From positions 1 through 42,560 of the IMG/VR virus record IMGVR_UViG_3300030330_000262: a stretch of DNA of 42,560 nucleotides; one strand, written 5' to 3'. The DNA comes from a virus (taxonomy: Duplodnaviria > Caudoviricetes). The notes beneath the pieces are model-generated. The model was given only the letters and a program-made list of their open reading frames with translations. It was not told the origin of the DNA and did not search any database. Position numbers and translations under genes: made by a program. Shown here one piece after another: positions 19,223 to 29,103 of the stretch (within the stretch, counting starts at the first letter, position 1; every line of letters begins with the position of its first letter).

Positions 19223-19894
19223 ATGCCATACATAGGAAAAGCCCCAAATTTCGGTATTAGAACCCGCTACTATTACACAGCGTCAGGTTCGGAAACCACT
19301 TTGTCTGGTGCGGACGATAACGGCCTAACACTAAAGTTTACTGATGGTCAGTATGTAGATGTAAAGTTGAACGGCGTGTCACTCGTTGCAGGTACAGACT
19401 ATAACACAAACACTGCTAACACCATCAGTGGTCTAGCTGCGTTGACCGCAGGGCAGATAGCTGAGATTGTAGTGTTTGATGCGTTCAGCGTAGCTAATAC
19501 TGTTCCAGTTACGGGCGGCACATATTCAGGCGCAGTTGTGTATGACAGCGATGTTACCTACAACAAAGCGTTGCAGGGGAATACCAGCACGGACACAACC
19601 AACACAGGTAACATTACTCTTGACTTTGATACTTTTCAAAACTTCGTGCTGACATTCACAGGTAACGTCACCTTTGACAATCCTTCAACCGAGGCAGTGG
19701 GTCAGTCTGGCTTTATTGTAATAATCCAAGACTCAACAGGTGGCAGGACCTTATCCCTGGGTACTGATTTTGAAACTGCGGGTGGCGGATCTGTTACGTT
19801 AACTTCAACAGCATCAGCAACCGACATGATCCCGTATATAGTGGTTGCATCTAACCGAATTTTGTTGGGTACTCCGCTACTCGCATTTAGCTAG
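19223..19894 (+). CDS. Tail fibre protein
   Basis: MPYIGKAP start, VKLNGV.L, IIQDSTGGRTL motifs. Confidence 0.7.
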   Translation: MPYIGKAPNFGIRTRYYYTASGSETTLSGADDNGLTLKFTDGQYVDVKLNGVSLVAGTDYNTNTANTISGLAALTAGQIAEIVVFDAFSVANTVPVTGGTYSGAVVYDSDVTYNKALQGNTSTDTTNTGNITLDFDTFQNFVLTFTGNVTFDNPSTEAVGQSGFIVIIQDSTGGRTLSLGTDFETAGGGSVTLTSTASATDMIPYIVVASNRILLGTPLLAFS

Positions 19895-19903
19895 GAGGAA
19901 TAA

Positions 19904-22369
19904 ATGTCTACTCCTCTTGGCTCCTCTCAGCTTTTTGTCTCTAGAAGTTTTTATCCACACCCCATAGACCAATCCCTGCGGTTCGAGGATGGTGATACTG
20001 CATCTATGTCACGCACAAATTCAGGTGCTGGAAATCGTAGAACATGGACATTTAGTGCTTGGATAAAGCGTTCAAATTTGGGCAGTGGCACACAGAATTA
20101 TATACTTGGTGCAACTACAGACAACTATAGCGCAAATTGGGCTATATTCTTTCTTGGAAGTGATGAGTTAACATTTTATTCATATACATCAAGCCAACAA
20201 TATCAAATTAATACTGGAGATAACGGAGTTTTTCGTGACCCTTCAGCCTGGTATCATATTGTGCTTGCTTGGGACACAACACAATCTACAGCCGCTGACA
20301 GAATCAAACTTTATGTAAATGGTTCTCAATTTACAAATTTTGAAACTGCCGTATATCCATCGCTTAATTATGAAGAGGGTTATATAAACAATAATATTCA
20401 GCAGGATATTGGCAGAGCAGCAACTGCCGCCTATGGATATGATGGATATATGGCAGAAGTGCATTTTGTAGACGGCTCTGCATTAGCCCCAACCTCCTTT
20501 GGCGAAACAAAATCTGGAATTTGGATACCTAAAAAATACACTGGCTCTCACGGCACAAATGGTTATCATCTTGATTTTGCTGATGGGTCTGCGTTGGGTG
20601 ATGATGAATCCGGCAACAACAACGACTTTACGCCTACTGGACTTGCGGCAACAGATGTGGTGCTGGACAGCCCTACGAATAACTGGGCTACGATGAACCC
20701 TTTAGACCCGCCTGTAGGCACATCAGTTACACTTTCTGAGGGCAACTTAAAAGCAACAGGTTCAACATCTAGTTATTCGGGTGGTGTTGCGTCTACGTTT
20801 GAGTTTGAAAGCGGTAAATGGTATTGGGAAGTTTACATAAACAATGAGGTTGATGCTGGCAGTAATTACTATAGTTTTGTTGGTGCGGCCACTGGCGAAA
20901 ACAATGAGGTTCACAGAACTAACGTCAGTAATGTGCCATCGGTAGCCACAGGTGTAGATGGATGGTCTTGGGAAGGTGACGGTAAAATAAATCTAATAGG
21001 CACTGGAACGAGAGCGGTGACTTCTGTTTCTGCTCCATCGGCTGGTGATATTCTTGGATTTGCTATGGATTTAGATAATGGCAATGTTTACTTTTACTTA
21101 AATGGCACTGCACAAAACTCTGGTAGTGCAGTAATAACTGGGGTAACTGGATTAAAAACCAATCCTATGGTTGGTGTTTATAATTCAAGTGCTGTTACTT
21201 TTAACTTTGGTCAGGATAGTTCATTTGCTGGCACAAAAACAGCACAGGGCAATACAGATCGCAATGGCAACGGTGACTTCTATTACACTCCCCCCTCTTT
21301 TTATTTAGCTTGCTGTTCAGCCTCATTACCCGACCCTGACATTGACCCTGCCATTGACCAATCACCAACAGATCATTTTAATACGGTGCTTTATAGTGGC
21401 ACAGGCTCAACAAGAACCGTTACAGGCGTAGGCTTTCAACCTGACTTTGTTTGGATTAAGGACAGGACTACTGCCTATGACCACCACTTGTTTGATGTCG
21501 TAAGAGGTGGTGAAAACAGTCTGTATTCTAACGACAGCGTTGCTGAAAACACCTACCCAACAGATATTACTTTTACTTCCGATGGTTTTTCTATTGCTGA
21601 TGGAAGCGCAGTTCCACAAATTTACATAAACAAAAGTTCAGATGCTTTTGTTTCTTGGAACTGGTTGGCTGGCGGCTCTGCGTCAAGCAATAGTAATGGG
21701 TCAATTACATCTTCTGTATCTGCAAATACAGAAGCAGGGTTTAGTATAGTTAGCTATACTGGCAATGGTTCTGCTGGGGCTACGGTGGGTCACGGCCTAA
21801 CTAATGCGCCTGAGTTTTTTGTTACTAAAAGACGAAGCCAAAGTGACCCTTGGCAAACTTATGTTGCATCATTAGGCGCAACTAAAAGACTTGAACTTGA
21901 TGCAACTAGTGGTGCAATAACATCAACCGCATCATTCAATGATACCGAACCTAATTCTTCTGTTTTTACTTTAGGTTCTGGTGGTTATGGCAATGCGTCT
22001 AGTGCTACCTACATAGCCTACTGTTTTCACAGCGTTGATGGTTACAGCAAGGTTGGCTCATACAGCGCAAATAATTCTAGTGATGGGCCTTTTGTTTATT
22101 TAGGTTTTCGTCCTGCGTTTATTTTCATTAAAGGAACTAGCACAACAACTCATTGGGTTATATCAGATAATAAACGTGACGGTGTTAATGTAACAAGCAA
22201 AGCACTTTTTTCAAATTTAAGTAATTCTGAGTCAACAGACAGGCACGTTGATTTTTTATCAAATGGGTTCAAATTACGATTAACTGCTTTAGACCCTAAT
22301 ACTAATGGCACAGATTACATTTACCTCGCCTTTGCAGAACAACCCTTTAAATATTCTAATGCCCGATAG
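19904..22369 (+). CDS. Large receptor-binding/tail protein with LamG (ConA-like) and SPRY-like domains
   Basis: TWTFSAWIKRS, FRDPSAWYHIV, GKWYWEV and VGFQPDFVWIK motifs. Confidence 0.8.
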   Translation: MSTPLGSSQLFVSRSFYPHPIDQSLRFEDGDTASMSRTNSGAGNRRTWTFSAWIKRSNLGSGTQNYILGATTDNYSANWAIFFLGSDELTFYSYTSSQQYQINTGDNGVFRDPSAWYHIVLAWDTTQSTAADRIKLYVNGSQFTNFETAVYPSLNYEEGYINNNIQQDIGRAATAAYGYDGYMAEVHFVDGSALAPTSFGETKSGIWIPKKYTGSHGTNGYHLDFADGSALGDDESGNNNDFTPTGLAATDVVLDSPTNNWATMNPLDPPVGTSVTLSEGNLKATGSTSSYSGGVASTFEFESGKWYWEVYINNEVDAGSNYYSFVGAATGENNEVHRTNVSNVPSVATGVDGWSWEGDGKINLIGTGTRAVTSVSAPSAGDILGFAMDLDNGNVYFYLNGTAQNSGSAVITGVTGLKTNPMVGVYNSSAVTFNFGQDSSFAGTKTAQGNTDRNGNGDFYYTPPSFYLACCSASLPDPDIDPAIDQSPTDHFNTVLYSGTGSTRTVTGVGFQPDFVWIKDRTTAYDHHLFDVVRGGENSLYSNDSVAENTYPTDITFTSDGFSIADGSAVPQIYINKSSDAFVSWNWLAGGSASSNSNGSITSSVSANTEAGFSIVSYTGNGSAGATVGHGLTNAPEFFVTKRRSQSDPWQTYVASLGATKRLELDATSGAITSTASFNDTEPNSSVFTLGSGGYGNASSATYIAYCFHSVDGYSKVGSYSANNSSDGPFVYLGFRPAFIFIKGTSTTTHWVISDNKRDGVNVTSKALFSNLSNSESTDRHVDFLSNGFKLRLTALDPNTNGTDYIYLAFAEQPFKYSNAR

Positions 22370-22378
22370 GAGACAATA

Positions 22379-22876
22379 ATGCCCTGGAAACACAACAATA
22401 AAGTCATACGCGCAGGACGCGGGTGGGTATCTGATAAAGGGATAAAACACCCGACTAACTGGATGTCTTGGTCGGACGAAGAAAAAAAGGCTGCTGGGCT
22501 TGTTTGGGAAGATGACCCCAAACCCTTTGATTCACGTTTTTGGTGGGACGCGACTACACCTAGAGACATTCATAATCAAAAAAACGATGATGGAAGTGTG
22601 ACCCCTGGTCTTAAAACACTCTGGAAGCAAAAAACAAAAGAAACAGCCGCATCTTTGCTTGCGCCTACAGATTGGTATGTAATACGTTTTCAGGAAGATG
22701 ACACAAAAATTATACCTAACAAAATTAAAACCTATCGTGCAGAAGTTCGCAAAAAAAGCGGAGTGATAGAAACAAGTATCGACAACGCTTCAACTCACGC
22801 TAAATTTATGGCACTATTTGATGCCCCAGAAGGAGGCGTTGCGCCAATAGCTAACTGGCCTGATCCTGTGGAGTAA
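22379..22876 (+). CDS. Putative tail fibre assembly chaperone
   Basis: LLAPTDWYV...YRAEVR...WP motif; follows the fibre gene. Confidence 0.65.
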   Translation: MPWKHNNKVIRAGRGWVSDKGIKHPTNWMSWSDEEKKAAGLVWEDDPKPFDSRFWWDATTPRDIHNQKNDDGSVTPGLKTLWKQKTKETAASLLAPTDWYVIRFQEDDTKIIPNKIKTYRAEVRKKSGVIETSIDNASTHAKFMALFDAPEGGVAPIANWPDPVE

Positions 22877-22879
22877 TAA

Positions 22880-23350
22880 ATGCCGTTAACCAAACTACAG
22901 TTCAAGGCAGGAGTTGTAAAAGACACCACAGCTTATTCAAATGAAGGCGGCTGGGTTGATAGTGATAAAGTGCGCTTTCGGTTTGGTTATCCAGAAAAGA
23001 TTGGTGGCTGGGAGTCTCGTACAGACGACACTATTAAGGGTACACCTAGAGCATTACATGCTTGGCAAACGCTAGATTCTCAAAGCCTAACAGGCATTGG
23101 CACAAACACAAAATACTATATTGAAAGTAGCGGTAATGTTTTTAACATAACACCGCCTCGCTTAGGGGTTCTTGTTCCGCAACGTGTATCTGGTCTTGCC
23201 GCAACAGGAGCAATAGGTACAGTAACTACGCAAAGTACATATTCCGTGACAGGTGTTTCTGCAACTGGCACAATGGGTGTAAATGCGGTACAATTTAGTA
23301 GTTTACTTGCAACAGCGAGCGTTGGCACGGTAACGGTGTCTATCTCATAG
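22880..23350 (+). CDS. N-terminal part of a gp10-like tail hub/DNA-stabilisation protein
   Basis: EGGWVDSDKVRFRFGYPEKIGGW is normally the N-terminus of the long hub protein; ends in TGVSATG repeats. Confidence 0.65.
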   Translation: MPLTKLQFKAGVVKDTTAYSNEGGWVDSDKVRFRFGYPEKIGGWESRTDDTIKGTPRALHAWQTLDSQSLTGIGTNTKYYIESSGNVFNITPPRLGVLVPQRVSGLAATGAIGTVTTQSTYSVTGVSATGTMGVNAVQFSSLLATASVGTVTVSIS

Positions 23351-23357
23351 GTGGAAC

Positions 23358-25250
23358 ATGACCAATATTACCGTAAATCTTACTGGTGTTCAGGGTACTA
23401 GCCGACTTCCTCTATACTCAATAGTTACAGCACCTGCTGCCGCAATCCTTACAGGCTTTAATGTTACTGCTAGTCTTGGTAGTATTGACGTTGTTGGCGA
23501 TATTACCACCACAATCCCTGTGACAGGTTTTGCTGGCACAACGAGTCTTGGCACAGTTGTTGTTCCAGTGGTTATTGACACGGGTTTGTCTGCAACGAGC
23601 GGATTAGGTGATGAGACTGTAACAGTTGATGCAAATGTAGCTACAACAGGCGTGTCTAGTACAACCGCACTTGGTACGCCAACGCTTACCATGACAACTG
23701 TGTTTACCAACAATGTGTTGGATTTTGTTCTGACGCAAGGAAGCACTACTGTAACTGTTCGACACGTTGACCACGGCGCACAAACAGGTGAAGACATTCA
23801 AATAAAAGATGTTGATCTTGACGGCGGTAGCGGTGCTTACGATGCAGAAGAAACATCTCTTACAGGTGAGTTTACCGTGACGCGGGTAGATGCAGACAGC
23901 TACACTATTACAATTCCCACGGCTTCGACAATAAACCTTACGGGCGGTGAGGCAACTGTAGTCTACGAAATTAGTGCAGGCTTGGACACTGTTGTCGGTG
24001 GTTATGGATGGGGTGCTGGTACTTGGGGCAGAAACGGTTGGAACCAACCTGCTACAGTGACAGCCAACTCACAGCTTCGACTTTGGAAGCATGACAACTT
24101 TGGTGAAGACCTTATATTTAACATCAAGGGTGGTAAGATATTCTATTGGGATGCTACAGGTGGGTTTGCTGGTAGAGCAAGACCGCTTGATGCGTATTCT
24201 ACAAATATTCCTATTTTAGCTAATCAAATACTTGTATCTGACAGAGACAGGCACGTTATTGCTGTTGGTACAAACGCAATAGGTTCAACTGACTTGGACC
24301 CGTTGCTTGTTCGATTCAGTTCGCAAGAAGATCCGTTTGATTGGAATCCTACAGCAACAAACACAGCTGGTGACCTAAGAGTTGGTAATGGATCAGAAAT
24401 TATCCAAGCGGTAGAAACACGGCGCGAAATACTACTTATTACCGATGCGTCTGTAAACTCAATGCAGTTTATAGGACCCCCGTTCACGTTTGGTATCACA
24501 CAGCTTTCAAGTCAAACGACAATTATTGGGTCTAATGCGGCAGTAGCAGTGGGGGATGCTGTGTTCTGGATGGGTGAGGACAGGTTCTACCTCTACGATG
24601 GTCGCGTTCAACCTTTGCCCTGTACCGTGCGAGACTACATTTTTGATGACTTTGACCTTCAACAGGCAGACAAAGTGTTTGCTGGCTCTAACGCAGCCTT
24701 TGGTGAGGTGTTTTGGTTCTACCCGTCTGAGACAGGCGCGGCAGAAAACGACAGGTACGTTGTCTACAATTATGAGCAAAAAATTTGGTATGTAGGCAAT
24801 CTGGAGCGTACAGCGTGGCTTGATCGTGGTGTTAATCGTTTTCCTCTGGCAACAACATCTGCCAGCAACACATATGCCAGCAAACTGTACGAACATGAAA
24901 AAGGAAGTGACGCAGACGGTGTTGCAATCACATCGTTCATCGAATCTGCACCAATTGACATCGGCGATGGCGACAACTTCTTGTTTATTCGCCGCATGAT
25001 ACCTGATGTAAGTTTTGACAGGTCTGCTTCTACTGCAACAAAAGAAGCAACTATAACGCTCAAGTCGCAACGCTCTCCTGCTGGTGGTTTTACAACCTCA
25101 AAGGCGTTGACAGTTACTGATACAACTGAACAAAATCATACGAGGCTTAGAGGCAGATCCTTTGGGCTTAGGATAGAATCAGACAATCTTGGTGTTGCGT
25201 GGAGACTCGGATCTCCTCGTGTAGAAATACAACAGGATGGTAAACGATGA
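23358..25250 (+). CDS. Tail hub / tubular-B (P22 gp10-like) protein, main part
   Basis: RLWKHDNFGEDL, VRFSSQED, FIGPPFTFG, EVFWFYPS and WRLGSPR motifs. Confidence 0.75.
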   Translation: MTNITVNLTGVQGTSRLPLYSIVTAPAAAILTGFNVTASLGSIDVVGDITTTIPVTGFAGTTSLGTVVVPVVIDTGLSATSGLGDETVTVDANVATTGVSSTTALGTPTLTMTTVFTNNVLDFVLTQGSTTVTVRHVDHGAQTGEDIQIKDVDLDGGSGAYDAEETSLTGEFTVTRVDADSYTITIPTASTINLTGGEATVVYEISAGLDTVVGGYGWGAGTWGRNGWNQPATVTANSQLRLWKHDNFGEDLIFNIKGGKIFYWDATGGFAGRARPLDAYSTNIPILANQILVSDRDRHVIAVGTNAIGSTDLDPLLVRFSSQEDPFDWNPTATNTAGDLRVGNGSEIIQAVETRREILLITDASVNSMQFIGPPFTFGITQLSSQTTIIGSNAAVAVGDAVFWMGEDRFYLYDGRVQPLPCTVRDYIFDDFDLQQADKVFAGSNAAFGEVFWFYPSETGAAENDRYVVYNYEQKIWYVGNLERTAWLDRGVNRFPLATTSASNTYASKLYEHEKGSDADGVAITSFIESAPIDIGDGDNFLFIRRMIPDVSFDRSASTATKEATITLKSQRSPAGGFTTSKALTVTDTTEQNHTRLRGRSFGLRIESDNLGVAWRLGSPRVEIQQDGKR

Positions 25251-25477
25251 GTAGAGAACTAGTACCGCCACAGTTTCCATTAGCTCCTGAAGAGTATGAT
25301 AGGCAGTATTTTGATGAGATGGTTCGCTCTTTAACTCAACTTGTGGTACAGTTACAAAACCCCGGTGAGTTGCGAGGCACAAAAATAACGCTCACAGACT
25401 TACCGACATCTGCCACTGGACTTGAGATAGGGGCATTGTATAATGATGGTGGGACAGTAAAGGTTGTCACGACATGA
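25247..25477 (+). CDS. Hypothetical tail protein
   Basis: Coupled ORF; LPTSATGL..G.LYND motif. Confidence 0.7.
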   Translation: MSRELVPPQFPLAPEEYDRQYFDEMVRSLTQLVVQLQNPGELRGTKITLTDLPTSATGLEIGALYNDGGTVKVVTT

Positions 25478-26466
25478 GTTTAGGAAAATTACTTAAAACA
25501 GCATTACCTGCCGCAGCAGGTGCGTTTTTAGGTCCAGCAGCAGGCGCTGCTTTGTTTCCAGGCGCTACAGGCATCATGGCAAGCCCATTTATACAGCGTG
25601 CTTTAACATCTGGTGCTGTTGGGCTGTTAACAGGCCAAAAACCTAAAGATGCTATTCTAAGCGGTATTATGGGTGGTGTAGGGGGTCAATTTTTAGGTGG
25701 CAACCAAACAGCTATGCAACAAGGAATAGGCGGCACAGGTCTTCCAATTGGTCCAAGCGGACAGGTTAGTTTCGATCAAATGGCTAAAAAAGCTGTTCAA
25801 GATGCTGCAAAAACTTCTGCCAGCGCTCCTGGTGGCGCTGGTTTTGGGGCATTAAGAGGAGCTGCTAAGGCCGCTGATGCAAAAACCATGTCTGGAGACT
25901 TGTTAAAATCTCTTGGTTTCGCTGGTCAAGATGAAGGTAATCTGTTGTTTAAAATCCTCAATACACAATTAGGAGAGGGTGTGGCGGCTGGTCTTATTGC
26001 TCAATTATTAGCTGGTGATGATGATGAAGAAGTTGTGGGTGAGTTTGAGCGTAGACCGTTTGGCGCTGGTGGACCAGGAGGGAAACTTGGAGATATAAAT
26101 TACGCTGAAGGTGGAGAGGCGATGAAGCCAAAACGTCAACCCACTATTATGGACATAATTAATAAGTTTAAAACCATAGAAACTCCATTTGGCTCTGGGG
26201 TTACAAGAGATCAAAGACTAGAGTTATTAAAACGTCTTGGAATGGTTCAAACCGCAGCAAAGGGCGGCGAAATGTCTTTTCCCCGCCGTAATGGTGGTAT
26301 AGATCCAGCGGAGGGTTCTGGCACAAAAGATGATGTACCAGCTATGTTAATGGCTGGTGAATTTGTAATGACCCGTGACGCTGTAAAAGGAATGGGCGAT
26401 GGTAACTTACGCAAGGGTATAGACCGCATGTACGGTATGATGGATAACCTTGAGAGGATGGCATAA
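25474..26466 (+). CDS. Putative ejection/internal virion protein
   Basis: Gly/Ala-rich hydrophobic N-terminus; C-terminal GSGTKDDVPAMLxxGEFV motif. Confidence 0.65.
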   Translation: MSLGKLLKTALPAAAGAFLGPAAGAALFPGATGIMASPFIQRALTSGAVGLLTGQKPKDAILSGIMGGVGGQFLGGNQTAMQQGIGGTGLPIGPSGQVSFDQMAKKAVQDAAKTSASAPGGAGFGALRGAAKAADAKTMSGDLLKSLGFAGQDEGNLLFKILNTQLGEGVAAGLIAQLLAGDDDEEVVGEFERRPFGAGGPGGKLGDINYAEGGEAMKPKRQPTIMDIINKFKTIETPFGSGVTRDQRLELLKRLGMVQTAAKGGEMSFPRRNGGIDPAEGSGTKDDVPAMLMAGEFVMTRDAVKGMGDGNLRKGIDRMYGMMDNLERMA

Positions 26467-27335
26467 TGTCTACCCAAACTGTAGAGCAAATACAAAGATT
26501 AGCACCTTATCTTGAGGGGCTTGAAAAACGCATATTGCAGACAGCGTTTGGTGAATTTGACGGGGATACGCAAACATCCAAAGGCTTGTTAGATACACGT
26601 TTAAACCTTCCGCAACAACAAGTAGCTGGTCTTGACCCACTTCAATTAGCGGCGCAAGAACAAGCGTTGCAGCAGTTTGGCATGTTTCAGCCAATGGTTC
26701 AAACGGCTGGACAATTAGCTGCGTCTGGCATAGGCCAAGGCATGGCAATGCTTGACCCATCACAGGGCATACAAGCATTTATGAATCCATATCAACAAAA
26801 TGTTATTGATGAAATCAATCGTCAAGCAGCTATTGGTCAACAAGGCTTAGATGCAAAAGCAATTCAAAGAGGTGCTTTCGGGGGGTCTAGACAGGGCATA
26901 CAGGCAGCAGAACAAGAGGGTCGCAGGCTTGGTGAAATTGGCAAGTTCTTGTCTTCTGGGTTTGATAAAGCAGTTGGAGCTTCTCAAAAAGCCGCACAAT
27001 TGTTCGGTGGACTTGGGCAGGCTGCGGGAACATTAGGTGATTTGGGCAGGTTGCAATCAGAACTTGGTCGTGCTGACATAGGAATGTTGTCTCAACTTGG
27101 CGGTATTGGTCAAAGACAAACGCAAGCACAGCTTGACGCACAAAGACAAAACCTGCTACAGCAAGCTCAAGAGCCGTTTACTCGCTTGCAACTTGGCAGT
27201 CAGTTGTTAAAAGGCACACCATCAGGAAGTCTTTCATCTACATTTAAGAGCGTGACAGAACCTTCTGCTAACCCATTCTTGCAGGGTGTTGGCGCTTACA
27301 CAGCCCTTCAAGGCGCTGGAATGACATCCGCATAA
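26466..27335 (+). CDS. Putative DNA ejection (pilot-like) protein
   Basis: Gln/Gly/Ala-rich; FMNPYQQNVID and GAFGGSR motifs. Confidence 0.65.
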   Translation: MSTQTVEQIQRLAPYLEGLEKRILQTAFGEFDGDTQTSKGLLDTRLNLPQQQVAGLDPLQLAAQEQALQQFGMFQPMVQTAGQLAASGIGQGMAMLDPSQGIQAFMNPYQQNVIDEINRQAAIGQQGLDAKAIQRGAFGGSRQGIQAAEQEGRRLGEIGKFLSSGFDKAVGASQKAAQLFGGLGQAAGTLGDLGRLQSELGRADIGMLSQLGGIGQRQTQAQLDAQRQNLLQQAQEPFTRLQLGSQLLKGTPSGSLSSTFKSVTEPSANPFLQGVGAYTALQGAGMTSA

Positions 27336-27345
27336 GGAGCTTGGC

Positions 27346-29103
27346 ATGGCGGTTTCTGGAATAAAAGGCACAGGCATAGGTCAGGTTACAATTCCTAGCG
27401 CAGAGGAGGCTTACGAAGCTCAAAAAGAGAGCATTGGTGATATTGCATCCTCTTATTTAGAAGGGCTGACTTCAGGCACTGGCAAAAGAAGCGGCATGTT
27501 TATGGGGGTTCCTGACTTTGCGCCTGAGCCGCAAACTAGATTTGGTCAGTTATTTGATTTACCTGGAATTGCTGAAAGCGCTGCCAGAGGCGCTAGATTT
27601 GTAACTGGATTGCCAGTTGCTGTTGGCGGTACTGTAGCTGAAATTTTAGCCTCTCCTACTGAAGCTGGTATTCAAAGTGAAATACAGAGAATAGAATCTG
27701 AACTTTCTCCTTTTAGAGAGCAGCTTCGCAGAACAGGTGCAGATGTTCCGAAAAGTGGGGTTGATGATTCTGCTGAGTTTATAGGAAATGTAATTGAAGA
27801 AAGCCCTGTTAATGAACCCCAAAAACAAAGTGGAGTTGATGGTTCTGCTGAGTTTACAGGAAATGTAACTGACGAAGGCCTTGAAGACATTACAAAAATG
27901 GCCTTGCAAGATTATCTTGATCAAGCCCGACCAGGCACTCAACCCCAAGATTATAAAGAATATATAAAAGAGTTTGCTGACGCTACAGGGCTTGATGTAT
28001 CTGGCAAGCCTGATAAAAGTACAGCGTTGATGGCGCTTGGCTTATCTCTCATGCAGAACAGGGCTGGCAAAGGCTTTGATGTAGGAAAGATGCTAGGCGC
28101 TGTTGGTGAGGCTGGTGAAGCTGCATTGCCTGCATATCAAAAAGCCAAGTCTGAGGCTCGTGCGCTTCGTGCAAAAGCTGGTGAATATGCGCTTGGCAGG
28201 AGAAAAGAAGACGAAGCAAAAGCTCAACAAAGAAACTTTATGTATGTTGTGCCTAAACAGGGTGAGGGCAAGACAGAGAAAGAGCGTCTTGCTAATAGAG
28301 TGATGCGCGGCAAATACATTAGAGTTAACGCATCAGAACTTAACGCCCTTGACACTAATGAAGATTTTAACAAAAACTATGAATTTTTACCACCAGATGC
28401 CCTTACAAGCATGAAGGATTTGTTTAAAGCTCCAGAAAGCAACTACGGAGAAGGCTTAGAGACTTTAACCTTGTTTGAGGATAAAGATGGCCCCGTTGAA
28501 ATGAAGGTTAGATTTCCAAAAGCTGGATTTGAAAACTTGCCTACCAAAGCGGCTTCTTCTGACCAAATTGAAGGTGCGTTAAGTGGACTTAACGCTCGTA
28601 GAGCAAAACTAGATCAAGTTGAATCTAGATTTCAAGAATTTTCAAATTCTTTTAGCAACACGCCACCTACATTAATTCCGCAAGCAATTACGGCTGTTGG
28701 CGAGCTAACAAGAGCGATAGGGTTTTTGCCAATAACAAACTTCAAACAAGCTGTAGAAGGCGAAGATGACGTTCAAAAGCAGAAAAGATTTTTACAATGG
28801 GTTTCTACATCTTATGCCCCCGAAATTTTGCAAGAAGCTGGGAAAACCATATCTGACGCTGACCGCGTAAGAGTTAATCAACTTGTTGGTGAAATAAAAG
28901 CATTAAGCGACCCCAGAGCTATAGCAGCAAGAGTTAATCAACTTCATGGATTGATTATTCAGTCTTCAAGAGCAAAGCTTTCACAAGGTTACGAAATGTT
29001 AAATAGAGTTGGTGGCGGCGTAGAGTTGCAGCCTTTATCAGAAGAGGATAAAGCAGAACTTGCAGAGCTTAGAAAACAAATTGATTTAGTGACCAACAAA
29101 TGA
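27346..29103 (+). CDS. Putative internal virion/ejection protein
   Basis: AAGGAG RBS; helical; position in the ejection module. Confidence 0.6.
   Translation: MAVSGIKGTGIGQVTIPSAEEAYEAQKESIGDIASSYLEGLTSGTGKRSGMFMGVPDFAPEPQTRFGQLFDLPGIAESAARGARFVTGLPVAVGGTVAEILASPTEAGIQSEIQRIESELSPFREQLRRTGADVPKSGVDDSAEFIGNVIEESPVNEPQKQSGVDGSAEFTGNVTDEGLEDITKMALQDYLDQARPGTQPQDYKEYIKEFADATGLDVSGKPDKSTALMALGLSLMQNRAGKGFDVGKMLGAVGEAGEAALPAYQKAKSEARALRAKAGEYALGRRKEDEAKAQQRNFMYVVPKQGEGKTEKERLANRVMRGKYIRVNASELNALDTNEDFNKNYEFLPPDALTSMKDLFKAPESNYGEGLETLTLFEDKDGPVEMKVRFPKAGFENLPTKAASSDQIEGALSGLNARRAKLDQVESRFQEFSNSFSNTPPTLIPQAITAVGELTRAIGFLPITNFKQAVEGEDDVQKQKRFLQWVSTSYAPEILQEAGKTISDADRVRVNQLVGEIKALSDPRAIAARVNQLHGLIIQSSRAKLSQGYEMLNRVGGGVELQPLSEEDKAELAELRKQIDLVTNK
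27752..27872 (+). repeat. Internal 46-nt direct duplication (period 75 nt)
   Basis: 27752-27797 vs 27827-27872, 42/46 identical; SGVDDSAEFIGNV and SGVDGSAEFTGNV. Confidence 0.8.
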
